Source: Escherichia phage ECO07P1. From it: a stretch of 64,000 bases of DNA. The stretch lies in sequence record OP172784. One strand, 5' to 3'. Position numbers and translations under genes: made by a program. The notes under the pieces are model-generated. The model did no database searches. It saw only the letters and a list, made by a program, of their open reading frames with translations, and was not told where the DNA came from. Within the stretch, counting starts at the first letter, position 1; the number at the start of each line of letters is the position of its first letter. Of this stretch, positions 27,571 to 36,276 are shown in pieces.

Positions 27571-27879
27571 ATGAAAACATTTAAAGAATTTATCAATGAA
27601 GCGGCTGCACCAAAGACATTCATTATTTATACTCAAGCGGGTCTTGATGATGAGTATGCGGAAGCAATTCTGAGGTCACTTGCTAAGAACGGTGTTGAAG
27701 TAATTGCTTCGGACTTTAAGAAAGGGGCTTCCGAGATGTTTATTTCTATAACTAAAGGATCTAAAGCTAAAATCAAATCATCATTCGGTGTTGCTCGTAC
27801 CGATCAAATCGACAATCATGACTTTAAACAAACTGGTGCTAAACGACAGAATACAATTGCATCACGCGGAATAAAATAG
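27571..27879 (+). CDS. internal-protein-like protein with capsid targeting sequence (cassette 2)
   Basis: N-terminus MKTFKEFINEAA, nucleotide-identical over ~29 nt to the cassette-1 start; own early promoter. Confidence 0.65.
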   Translation: MKTFKEFINEAAAPKTFIIYTQAGLDDEYAEAILRSLAKNGVEVIASDFKKGASEMFISITKGSKAKIKSSFGVARTDQIDNHDFKQTGAKRQNTIASRGIK

Positions 27880-27891
27880 TTTATAAAAACC

Positions 27892-27921
27892 GTTTACTTT
27901 TAGATAGGGTAGTGATACTAT
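27892..27921 (+). promoter_or_regulatory. T4-type early promoter
   Basis: GTTTAC-N18-TACTAT. Confidence 0.6.
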
Positions 27922-27949
27922 TACCCTATCAACTACTGAGGAGAATAAA

Positions 27950-28174
27950 ATGAAAACATGTAAAAAATTTATTGTAGAAGCTAAAAGACACGAAGACGAA
28001 CTGCCTTTTGTTTCAAAAACCTTTGATGGAACATTGGCTGATTTTAAAAAAATTCCTAATGATAAACTTGCTAAATTGGTTGGTTCTATTAGTGAAAAAG
28101 ATGGCAAGGTCACATTTTCTGCTCAAGGCGTTGCCAATCTCAAGAAACTTTTGAAAGCCGCTGGTGTTGAATAA
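27950..28174 (+). CDS. small basic protein with degenerate CTS-like N-terminus (cassette 3)
   Basis: MKTCKKFIVE-A N-terminus; own promoter/RBS module GAGGAGAATAAAATG. Confidence 0.55.
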   Translation: MKTCKKFIVEAKRHEDELPFVSKTFDGTLADFKKIPNDKLAKLVGSISEKDGKVTFSAQGVANLKKLLKAAGVE

Positions 28175-28177
28175 ATT

Positions 28178-28207
28178 GTTTACATAGGGTTTTAGTTGTG
28201 ATACTAT
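28178..28207 (+). promoter_or_regulatory. T4-type early promoter
   Basis: GTTTAC-N18-TACTAT. Confidence 0.6.
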
Positions 28208-28235
28208 TACCCTATCAACTACTGAGGAGAATAAA

Positions 28236-28418
28236 ATGAAACGTTGTGAATTAATTCGAAATGTTGCTATTGCAATTTCTGCTTCTGCTTTTAGTTTTTC
28301 AATGTTTGTTGGATTTATATGCGGATTATTGACTACAGCAGAAAATGTTTTTTCACTTGTAGTAGCATTTTTAATTGGTTTAATTGCTATCGTTATGGAT
28401 AAAATTTCTAAAGGTTAA
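28236..28418 (+). CDS. small two-helix membrane protein (cassette 4)
   Basis: 60 aa with two hydrophobic segments; same promoter/RBS module as cassette 3. Confidence 0.5.
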   Translation: MKRCELIRNVAIAISASAFSFSMFVGFICGLLTTAENVFSLVVAFLIGLIAIVMDKISKG

Positions 28419-28420
28419 TA

Positions 28421-28708
28421 ATGATTCTTTATGCGAAAGTATCGTCCGTTGAAAATGGATATAAATATGATCAAGATGCGGCTAAAGCCTTGATTGATGA
28501 TTATGGCATTTTAACATGTTTTGAAGTTGAAAAGGTTTACATTGACCGTTCATCTTCTCAAGTTAAATTAGTAAAGGAAGACCGTAAATTTAATACAGTA
28601 AATTTTGATTTCTTTATTGAAACAGAAAAAGGTCCTCTTGAATATGATATTTTCAAGAATCCTTTGGGTCTTGAATGCATCGTAAACATGTATTATCATA
28701 AATGGTAA
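28421..28708 (+). CDS. hypothetical protein
   Basis: 95 aa ORF starting at TAATGA overlap with preceding ORF stop. Confidence 0.5.
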   Translation: MILYAKVSSVENGYKYDQDAAKALIDDYGILTCFEVEKVYIDRSSSQVKLVKEDRKFNTVNFDFFIETEKGPLEYDIFKNPLGLECIVNMYYHKW

Positions 28709-28805
28709 ATATGCTTTAAGAATTATTTGTTATTATTAACTCATATCACACTGATTAATACCCTCTATCATCAAGGGTTCTTGCTTGAGAGCCTTTGTTA
28801 ATAAT

Positions 28806-28878
28806 TGGGAATTAGCCAAGTTGGTAAGGCACTGGATTTTGATTCCAGGATGCAAAGGTTCGAGTCCTTTATTCCCAG
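28806..28878 (+). tRNA. tRNA-Gln (anticodon UUG)
   Basis: Cloverleaf by eye: acceptor TGGGAAT/ATTCCCA, anticodon loop TTTTGAT, T-arm GGTTCGAGTCC. Confidence 0.85.
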
Positions 28879-28879
28879 C

Positions 28880-28966
28880 GCGAGAATGGTCAAATTGGTA
28901 AAGGCACAGCACTTAAAATGCTGCGGAATGATTTCCTTGTGGGTTCGAGTCCCACTTCTCGCACCA
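28880..28966 (+). tRNA. tRNA-Leu (anticodon UAA), long variable arm, CCA encoded
   Basis: Acceptor GCGAGAA/TTCTCGC, anticodon loop CTTAAAA, T-arm GGTTCGAGTCC, 3' ACCA. Confidence 0.85.
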
Positions 28967-28971
28967 AATTT

Positions 28972-29045
<74 letters not shown>

Positions 29046-29055
29046 ATTTAATTTA

Positions 29056-29129
29056 CTCCGTGTAGCTCAGTTTGGTAGAGCGTCTGCTTTGGGAGCAGAA
29101 TGTCGCAGGTTCAAATCCTGCCGCGGAGA
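29056..29129 (+). tRNA. tRNA-Pro (anticodon UGG)
   Basis: Acceptor CTCCGTG/CGCGGAG, anticodon loop CTTTGGG, T-arm GGTTCAAATCC. Confidence 0.85.
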
Positions 29130-29131
29130 CT

Positions 29132-29221
29132 GGAGGCGTGGCAGAGTGGTTTAATGCACCGGTCTTGAAAACCGGCAGTCGCTCCGGCGACTCATAGGTT
29201 CAAATCCTATCGCCTCCGCCA
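29132..29221 (+). tRNA. tRNA-Ser (anticodon UGA), long variable arm
   Basis: Acceptor GGAGGCG/CGCCTCC, anticodon loop CTTGAAA, T-arm GGTTCAAATCC, 3' GCCA. Confidence 0.85.
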
Positions 29222-29226
29222 GTTTT

Positions 29227-29302
29227 GCTGATTTAGCTTAGTAGGTAGAGCAACTCACTTGTAATGAGAAGGTCGGCGGTTCGATTCCGTCAATCAGCAC
29301 CA
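29227..29302 (+). tRNA. tRNA-Thr (anticodon UGU)
   Basis: Acceptor GCTGATT/AATCAGC, anticodon loop CTTGTAA, T-arm GGTTCGATTCC, 3' ACCA. Confidence 0.85.
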
Positions 29303-29303
29303 A

Positions 29304-29378
29304 GGCCCTGTAGCTGGAAGGTTCAAGCAAGCGACTCATAATCGCCAGATGGTGGTTCAATTCCACCCAGGGCCACCA
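29304..29378 (+). tRNA. tRNA with CAU anticodon (Ile2 lysidine-type by T4 analogy, or Met)
   Basis: Acceptor GGCCCTG/CAGGGCC, anticodon loop TCATAAT, T-arm GGTTCAATTCC, 3' ACCA. Confidence 0.75.
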
Positions 29379-29391
29379 AATTAAGAATTAA

Positions 29392-29478
29392 GGGGAGTTA
29401 TCCCGTAGAGGTAGCGGTGTGGACTGTAAATCCATTGTCATTGCGACTCGGGTGGTTCGACTCCATCACTCCCCACCA
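29392..29478 (+). tRNA. tRNA-Tyr (anticodon GUA), class II long variable arm
   Basis: Acceptor GGGGAGT/ACTCCCC, anticodon stem GTGGA/TCCAT with loop CTGTAAA, T-arm GGTGGTTCGACTCCATC, 3' ACCA. Confidence 0.75.
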
Positions 29479-29482
29479 ATTT

Positions 29483-29557
29483 GGATGTGTAGCTCAATGG
29501 CAGAGCGATCGCCTGTTAAGCGATTGGTTATAGGTTCGAATCCTATCACGTCCGCCA
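29483..29557 (+). tRNA. tRNA-Asn (anticodon GUU)
   Basis: Acceptor GGATGTG/CACGTCC, anticodon loop CTGTTAA, T-arm GGTTCGAATCC, 3' GCCA. Confidence 0.8.
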
Positions 29558-29561
29558 AATC

Positions 29562-29637
29562 CGAGGCATAGCTCAGAAGGAAGAGCAAGGACCTTCTAAG
29601 TCCTAGGTCGTAGGTTCGATCCCTACTGCCTCGACCA
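29562..29637 (+). tRNA. tRNA-Arg (anticodon UCU)
   Basis: Acceptor CGAGGCA/TGCCTCG, anticodon loop CTTCTAA, T-arm GGTTCGATCCC, 3' ACCA. Confidence 0.85.
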
Positions 29638-29653
29638 ATTAAGTGAGGAAAAT

Positions 29654-30004
29654 ATGAAAGGTAATGTTTATTTAGTAGTTCATGATTTAACATTCTATTT
29701 TAATCATAATGACACTGTTATTTCTGAACGCGTAATTAATTTGCTTTATCAGCACGCAGATTATGTTTATGTCGAAAACGAATACGGTCATTGGCAATTT
29801 CTCAAAAATCGTTCATTTGGTTTAGATGGTTACGAATACTTTGAACGTAAAGACCTTTTAGATAAAATTCCATTATCTACACAATATCAAAATCACAAGT
29901 CTTTACATAAATGCCGTCCAATTCGAAATGTTGAATCTGCGTATGAAGCAATTGATTTGTGGCGTAAACGCCGTGAACAGATTGATGCTTTAAAAGAATA
30001 TTAA
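29654..30004 (+). CDS. hypothetical protein
   Basis: 116 aa ORF directly after tRNA-Arg with GAGGAA Shine-Dalgarno. Confidence 0.55.
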   Translation: MKGNVYLVVHDLTFYFNHNDTVISERVINLLYQHADYVYVENEYGHWQFLKNRSFGLDGYEYFERKDLLDKIPLSTQYQNHKSLHKCRPIRNVESAYEAIDLWRKRREQIDALKEY

Positions 30005-30355
30005 GAAACCGGGTCGCTACCGGTAAGTCGTCGGACTGATGTTCCCTGGGTAAGGACTGGCATTAACAAATCTTTACGATTTGTTAATGTCCCCTTACAT
30101 CACAGCAGAAACGGCGCACCGAATTATCGATTCGAGGAAATATCTTTGCCGTAAGCCGAGTAGCGTTTTTGACGGAACGTTCGGATATGGTCGAGATATG
30201 GCCTTTTAAAAATATTAAGTAGCGTCAACTGCTTAATAACCGGGTTCGAATCCCGGCGTTTCGTACAAACACTTGCCTTAGCAGGTGGAACCCCGACAAG
30301 GTTGCCGCAAGGCTTAGCCCCGACCGAAAGGTTGGGGCTTTTTAGTTTGAATCAC
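30005..30355 (+). ncRNA. putative stable small RNA region (T4 rnaC/rnaD-like)
   Basis: No ORF; higher GC than surroundings; hairpins (TTAACAAATC...GATTTGTTAA), tRNA-like T-arm CCGGGTTCGAATCCCGG, ends in 10-bp GAAA-tetraloop hairpin plus T-run. Confidence 0.4.
30326..30353 (+). terminator. rho-independent terminator
   Basis: 10-bp stem AGCCCCGACC/GGTTGGGGCT, GAAA loop, then TTTTT. Confidence 0.7.
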
Positions 30356-30433
30356 TCGGATAACGCTGTTACGGATAATAACAAAGTAATAAATAATTAA
30401 TAACCAACCGATAGATTATTTCAAGGATTTTAA

Positions 30434-30997
30434 ATGAAAACTTATGCCGAATTTTTAACCGAAGCAGCAAAATTACCATCTGAAGCAGAACTTACTAAAG
30501 TATTCTTCCAATTGGACCCAAAAGACCGTGGCGATTTTCTTAAGTGGAAAGCTAAAGCTATTGAAATGTATAACATTGATAATAGTTCTTTTACGATGAG
30601 TCAAGAAAATAAATTCAATAAAGCATTTTTCAAAATTTCTAAGAAACTGGCATCTGGCGCTCAGGTTCCTAAATCTGCCTTAGCTACTCCTGAACGTGCG
30701 CCTGTTAAAATTTCTAAGAATATGTTCGACACTAAAAAATACGTTAATGCTTTGAATAAAGCTCTTGATGCATTGGATGATGCAAAGAAGGCAGCCCGTG
30801 ATCTTCAAGACGTGTACATCGATTTTGATCGTAAAACTAAAGGTTCTATTTCAAATAGCGAACGCAATAGTGTAAGCGTTTATTCTGATAGCCTTGACGT
30901 TCTTGGCGATGCGTATACTGAAATTAAAAATCGTATTAACACCGCATCTAAACTAAAAGCTGCCGCAGAAGCTATAATAGCTAAACTAGATAAATAA
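30434..30997 (+). CDS. capsid-targeting-sequence protein, candidate novel internal protein
   Basis: 187 aa; N-terminus MKTYAEFLTE-A (CTS with L-x-E cleavage site); Lys/Ala/Asp-rich; terminator follows. Confidence 0.6.
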   Translation: MKTYAEFLTEAAKLPSEAELTKVFFQLDPKDRGDFLKWKAKAIEMYNIDNSSFTMSQENKFNKAFFKISKKLASGAQVPKSALATPERAPVKISKNMFDTKKYVNALNKALDALDDAKKAARDLQDVYIDFDRKTKGSISNSERNSVSVYSDSLDVLGDAYTEIKNRINTASKLKAAAEAIIAKLDK

Positions 30998-31005
30998 TTT
31001 TAAAT

Positions 31006-31030
31006 CCCTATCTAAATGATAGGGCTTTTT
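31006..31030 (+). terminator. rho-independent terminator
   Basis: CCCTATCTAAATGATAGGG hairpin then CTTTTT. Confidence 0.6.
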
Positions 31031-31164
31031 GGTATCTAGGCCTTTCTGGACCTCTCTAAGAATCATTTAGTTTCTACCCTTTATAATATATTATCCTATC
31101 CTTTAATTGCCCCTCCCTGTCCTAGAATTCCCTAAAACTTTTTAAAAAATTTTTTCACAAAACT

Positions 31165-31194
31165 GTTTACATCCCCGTTCTTCCATGGTACTAT
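31165..31194 (+). promoter_or_regulatory. T4-type early promoter
   Basis: TTTTCACAAAACTGTTTAC-N18-TACTAT. Confidence 0.6.
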
Positions 31195-31238
31195 ACAACT
31201 ATCAACTACTGATACAGAAAAACAACTTGGAGAATGAA

Positions 31239-31502
31239 ATGGATAATTACGGCGAACTGTTCAACTTCTTTATGAAATGCGTTTCAGAAGATTTCGGTCG
31301 TACAGTGAATGATATTAAAGTCATCGGTCCTGACCATCCGATGTTTGAAACTTACGCAGTAATGGGTAATGAAGACGGTCAGTGGTATACTGTAAAAGTT
31401 GTGATTAATATGTTCACTGCTGAAGGTTATGTTAAACTGTCTTCTAAAGTTTACCACGATAACGATGAAATCGCAGAAGAATATTTCAATAATATGAAAT
31501 AA
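31239..31502 (+). CDS. hypothetical protein
   Basis: Start chosen at MDNYGELFNFF after GGAGAA Shine-Dalgarno; longer ORF start at 31185 lies inside the promoter. Confidence 0.55.
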   Translation: MDNYGELFNFFMKCVSEDFGRTVNDIKVIGPDHPMFETYAVMGNEDGQWYTVKVVINMFTAEGYVKLSSKVYHDNDEIAEEYFNNMK

Positions 31503-31570
31503 GTGTGTACAAACACCAAGGATGGTGTTATTATAGACTTATCAAAACAATCACAGAAGCGGAGAAATAA

Positions 31571-31747
31571 ATGACTACTTTAACTATTTGGTTTGACGAA
31601 AATGAAGAAACATACTGTGTGAACATTGATGAAAGTCCAATGCCAGAATTTGAATCTTCAGATAAAAACTCGGTTGTATCTTGGGCTGAAGGTTATAAAG
31701 CAGCAAAAGGCGATGTTGAAATAGTTTACAAACTATCCGGAGTATAA
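31571..31747 (+). CDS. hypothetical small protein (58 aa)
   Basis: ATG after GCGGAGAAATAA; MTTLTIWFDENEETYCVN...; below the ORF-track size cutoff. Confidence 0.4.
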   Translation: MTTLTIWFDENEETYCVNIDESPMPEFESSDKNSVVSWAEGYKAAKGDVEIVYKLSGV

Positions 31748-31790
31748 TACTCTCATGGATTTTAAATCTTAATTAACCTAAGGAAATACT

Positions 31791-32384
31791 ATGAACACAC
31801 TGAAGAAAATTGTTGATTTTATTCGCACTAAACTTGGTTCTGCAATGGCTAAAAATCTATCTGTTGAAGAACAGTATACTGCTGCAGCAGCAAAACTGCT
31901 TGATAAAATTAAAGACCTAAAAACTGCTTCTGTTAAATCTATTAATGAAGAAAAACGTATTCGTGAACTTATTGTTGAAAAGAATAAACAGGCTGAATCA
32001 AAAGAGCGTGAAATTCGCAAGCTTCTTTCCGAAGGTCAAGATGTAACAATGCATGCTAAACTTGGCTTGCTATATCGTCGAACAGCTGAACAGCTGACTA
32101 CTAAAGCTGATGGGTATGCTGAAATGCGAATTGAAATCGCCAAGAAAGTAGTTGAGTTAGATGATGCTCGTCAAGAACTTGCAGTTAAATTGGAATATAT
32201 CCGTGAAACTCGTGCGGCAAATGCCCTTGGAATTAGTACTGCTGATGATGTAGTTGAAATCGCAGCGCTAACTAAGGTTGATATTGAAGATACTCTTGCT
32301 CGAGTTGAAACCTTTAACGGTAATATTTCCGGGGTTGAAACCACCTCTGCCGATGTCCAGGAATATATTAATTCTCTGAAATAA
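31791..32384 (+). CDS. coiled-coil protein (possibly PspA/IM30-like)
   Basis: 197 aa predominantly helical, heptad-rich; followed by GGGGCTTCGGCCCC hairpin. Confidence 0.5.
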   Translation: MNTLKKIVDFIRTKLGSAMAKNLSVEEQYTAAAAKLLDKIKDLKTASVKSINEEKRIRELIVEKNKQAESKEREIRKLLSEGQDVTMHAKLGLLYRRTAEQLTTKADGYAEMRIEIAKKVVELDDARQELAVKLEYIRETRAANALGISTADDVVEIAALTKVDIEDTLARVETFNGNISGVETTSADVQEYINSLK

Positions 32385-32389
32385 TGATA

Positions 32390-32405
32390 AGGGGCTTCGG
32401 CCCCT
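32390..32405 (+). terminator. terminator-like UUCG hairpin
   Basis: AGGGGCTTCGGCCCCT after the 31791 ORF; weak T-run. Confidence 0.45.
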
Positions 32406-32425
32406 ATTACTTGGAGTAAATAGGA

Positions 32426-33034
32426 ATGAAAATGCAAAGTGATTTCAATTCAATGTTTGAAGAGTTCCAAAGACAGGTTGATGTTCCAGACCAATTACTA
32501 AATGCTCTTAAACGTATGGCAGAAGGACGTAATTATTATTGGGGGTCTTCATATGAAACTGATGAAAGTCTTTCTGGAAGATTTTCTAGAGGTAAAAAGT
32601 CTTTAATACGTCCTGGAATACTCATTAAAAGTATTGAATCAATTCATTCATTGACGTGTGATTTTGATGTTGAATTTACTGATTTCATTTCTCCTGAATG
32701 GACAGTTTGTTATTTAAATGACGATTATGATTATCTTGGCGTTTATAGTTTAAGTGACGCATGGTTTAAACGTAATTTACAAAAGTCAAATTTGTTCTAT
32801 ATTGATACTACGGTAAAATTTCAGGGAAAGAAATATTTCTTTACTCTTATAGTTGACTCTGAAACAAAATATGAAAATAAGCGTATTCTTAGTAAAAAGA
32901 ATATCTTAACTATCGTTGATGATCTTTTTGATAAATTCGTGGAAAATCCTAATTTTGAAAGCGATTTATTATTAGAAAAATTTGTTAAGGAATGTAGAGA
33001 ATATGTCAAAGCCATCACTATACCTTCCAAGTAA
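32426..33034 (+). CDS. hypothetical protein, paralog family member 1 (soluble)
   Basis: 202 aa; C-terminal motif LLEKFVKECREYVK shared with the next three ORFs. Confidence 0.6.
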   Translation: MKMQSDFNSMFEEFQRQVDVPDQLLNALKRMAEGRNYYWGSSYETDESLSGRFSRGKKSLIRPGILIKSIESIHSLTCDFDVEFTDFISPEWTVCYLNDDYDYLGVYSLSDAWFKRNLQKSNLFYIDTTVKFQGKKYFFTLIVDSETKYENKRILSKKNILTIVDDLFDKFVENPNFESDLLLEKFVKECREYVKAITIPSK

Positions 33035-33395
33035 ACCTGTGAAGTATGAACTAAAGCGTCAGCTAATTCCTACTGATGTATTAATAGGTCCTGTGACAGC
33101 TATATCATTTGTAATTCTATTGATTGTTGGAATGGTTATAGACTTTATGACTGATATTGAATCTGGCGTAATATTTTTGTTAATATTAATTCTTCCATTA
33201 GTAGTTCCATTTTTATTGGTACCTGTAAATTGGGTAGGATATTGGTATCAAGGAAGGCATTATCGTAAACGTGTACGTGAATGGAAAGCTCAGTGTAAAA
33301 AGATTAAAAAGGAACACCAGCTTAAACTAAATATGTATGAATTTAATGAAATTATGAAATTTGTTAAGGAATCACGATGCAAAAGCCAAAACTAA
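33003..33395 (+). CDS. small two-TM membrane protein, paralog family member 2
   Basis: Two hydrophobic helices then basic tail ending FVKESRCK; start MSKPSLYL chosen. Confidence 0.55.
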   Translation: MSKPSLYLPSKPVKYELKRQLIPTDVLIGPVTAISFVILLIVGMVIDFMTDIESGVIFLLILILPLVVPFLLVPVNWVGYWYQGRHYRKRVREWKAQCKKIKKEHQLKLNMYEFNEIMKFVKESRCKSQN

Positions 33396-33751
33396 ATAAA
33401 GTCAAATATTCTTTTTCTGAGTCATTTTTAATTTTTGCTGTGGCGTTGGCTGCAGCTCTTGCTGGTAGTCTTATTGGATTAATGATTGACTGTATTATTT
33501 TAAACATCCGCAGTAACGTCAGCGGTATAGTAGATATAATAGAAGTTTGGAGTGAACTTCATTATACTATAGCAATTTCATTATTTTCATTCTTTAGTAT
33601 CATTTTATATTTTCATTATGATAATTTTAAAATAAATTGGCAAAGAAAAAAGGATTACAAAATACAATTAAAAGAATATAATAACTACATGTCTTATATT
33701 GAAAATGAATCAATGGAAGAGTTTGTGAGTGATTGCAGGAAAATCAAATGA
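33377..33751 (+). CDS. small two-TM membrane protein, paralog family member 3
   Basis: 124 aa; two hydrophobic helices; C-terminus EEFVSDCRKIK. Confidence 0.55.
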   Translation: MQKPKLNKVKYSFSESFLIFAVALAAALAGSLIGLMIDCIILNIRSNVSGIVDIIEVWSELHYTIAISLFSFFSIILYFHYDNFKINWQRKKDYKIQLKEYNNYMSYIENESMEEFVSDCRKIK

Positions 33752-34236
33752 TTTTAAAAACTCGCTGGTATGATTTAGATGACGGGGATGATGGCATTTC
33801 AGTTGATAGAGTTGACTGGAATGGCTGTTCCGAAGATATGAAAAATTTGCTGATTAGGGAGTTTAGAATGGGATATCAACCAGTTAAGCCATCTACTGCA
33901 ACAGATGATAAGTTTGTATGTATTCAAAATGGCCGCGCTAAGTTAACGAACGCTGATTGGTTCACAGATAAGAAGGTTATTCTGTGGTATATCATTAGTT
34001 TTCCTGTGACATCATTTGTATTTTGCTTCTTTGGAGAAAGTCCAGTAGGCAGAACGGGAGATTGGATTCTTTTAACCATACTTGTTAATATTTTTACAGC
34101 AGCAATATTATCTGGGATATGGTACATGTTCATTGAAATGCCATGGCGGTTACGTAGGCAGCAAAAGATTTTTGATGAAAAGAAATATACTCAAAATTTA
34201 AATAACTTTATCACTGAATGCAGGAAATTAAAATGA
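33748..34236 (+). CDS. two-TM membrane protein, paralog family member 4
   Basis: Start MILKTRWY at ATGA overlap; two hydrophobic helices; C-terminus NNFITECRKLK. Confidence 0.55.
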   Translation: MILKTRWYDLDDGDDGISVDRVDWNGCSEDMKNLLIREFRMGYQPVKPSTATDDKFVCIQNGRAKLTNADWFTDKKVILWYIISFPVTSFVFCFFGESPVGRTGDWILLTILVNIFTAAILSGIWYMFIEMPWRLRRQQKIFDEKKYTQNLNNFITECRKLK

Positions 34237-34673
34237 AAACATTATCAGCTGGTATTATCTTTATGACAGAAGATAAAGATTTATTTATGGGACGAGTTAC
34301 TGGTTCTCGTAAGCCCGGAATGATGGCACATCGCTGGGATATTCCAAAGGGCCGCGTAGAAAGTTTTGATTTGAATGCACTGGAAGCTGCAAAAAGAGAA
34401 TGCTCAGAAGAGACTGGTTTTAGCAATTATAATCCAGACCTTCTAGAAGACCTAGGTGTATTTAAATATTCTAGTAATAAAGACTTACAGTTATTTTATT
34501 ATACGATTCCAGTAGAGCATGAGATGTTTAGAAATTGCCATTGCGAGTCTTATTTTGAAAATAAAGATGGCGTTATGATTCCAGAGATGGATGCTTTTGC
34601 TCTTATTCCTCGTACTCAGTGGCAATATGTGATGGGTCCTTCACTTTACCGAATAATGAACAACCTCTTTTAA
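34233..34673 (+). CDS. nudE: Nudix hydrolase
   Basis: Nudix box GRVESFDLNALEAAKRECSEETGF; upstream of e as in T4; alternative start at 34218. Confidence 0.75.
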   Translation: MKTLSAGIIFMTEDKDLFMGRVTGSRKPGMMAHRWDIPKGRVESFDLNALEAAKRECSEETGFSNYNPDLLEDLGVFKYSSNKDLQLFYYTIPVEHEMFRNCHCESYFENKDGVMIPEMDAFALIPRTQWQYVMGPSLYRIMNNLF

Positions 34674-35476
<803 letters not shown>

Positions 35477-35477
35477 T

Positions 35478-35507
35478 GTTTACTTCCTCCAAGGACTTTG
35501 ATACTAT
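35478..35507 (+). promoter_or_regulatory. T4-type early promoter (denV)
   Basis: GTTTAC-N18-TACTAT. Confidence 0.6.
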
Positions 35508-35534
35508 ACATTCATCAACTACTTGGAGGAAATT

Positions 35535-35948
35535 ATGACTCGTATCAATTTAACACTTGTTTCTGAACTGACCGACCAACATCTTATGGCTGAGTATCGT
35601 GAATTACCACGCGTATTTGGTGCAGTCCGTAAACATGTTCAAAACGGTAAACGTGTAAAGGATTTTAAAATCTCTCCAACATTTATCTTAGGCACAGGTC
35701 ACGTAACATTCTTTTACGACAAACTCGAATTTTTACGTTTACGTCAAATCGAGCTAATCGCTGAATGCTTGAAACGTGGTTTCAAAATCAAGGACACGAC
35801 TGTCCAGGATATTTCCGACATCCCTGTCGAATTTCGTAATAATTATGTCCCGTCCGAAGCGTCCATTGCGATAAGTCAAGCTCGCTTAGATGAAAAAATT
35901 GCTCAACGCCCTACTTGGTACAAATACTATGGTAAATCAATTTACTAA
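35535..35948 (+). CDS. denV: endonuclease V, pyrimidine-dimer DNA glycosylase
   Basis: [35 protein letters not shown]..., near-identical to T4 DenV; early promoter upstream. Confidence 0.92.
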   Translation: MTRINLTLVSELTDQHLMAEYRELPRVFGAVRKHVQNGKRVKDFKISPTFILGTGHVTFFYDKLEFLRLRQIELIAECLKRGFKIKDTTVQDISDIPVEFRNNYVPSEASIAISQARLDEKIAQRPTWYKYYGKSIY

Positions 35949-35954
35949 GGAAAA

Positions 35955-36213
35955 ATGAAAATGTATCAAGAATTTATCGCTGAAGCAGATGCCAAAGGCC
36001 CCAAATTTAAAGTTAAAGCTTTCGTTGGTGATGCGGAAGACTTTGGCTCATTAAAACGTAATGGGTATTTTTCCTAGGCGGCGATGGTAGAGAAATAAAC
36101 ACCTATGCAAAACGTAGTGAATTGCTTATGTTGCTGCAAGTCCTAAAGTAGATGTTGACGATATTGGATACGATTTTAACAACTTCGGAATTATTTCTGG
36201 CGGTGAAGCTTAA
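35955..36213 (+). pseudogene. decayed internal-protein gene remnant
   Basis: Starts MKMYQEFIAEADAKGP (CTS-like), stops after 40 codons; remaining sequence has short ORFs in other frames. Confidence 0.45.
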
Positions 36214-36216
36214 ACG

Positions 36217-36246
36217 GTTTACGCTTAAGTATTAATATGGTATAAT
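36217..36246 (+). promoter_or_regulatory. T4-type early promoter (ipIII-like)
   Basis: GTTTAC-N18-TATAAT. Confidence 0.6.
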
Positions 36247-36276
36247 TACTCTATCAAAACAAACAAGGAAACAAAA

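Noticed and set aside
27160-28420. Possible CRISPR-like array suggested by the regularly repeated ~40-nt modules
   Set aside because: The repeats are promoter-RBS cassettes in front of ORFs with unequal spacing (about 330, 380 and 290 nt); no cas genes; the window is a lytic T4-like phage
29466-29693. 75-aa minus-strand ORF
   Set aside because: Overlaps tRNA-Asn and tRNA-Arg and the start of a plus-strand gene; spurious
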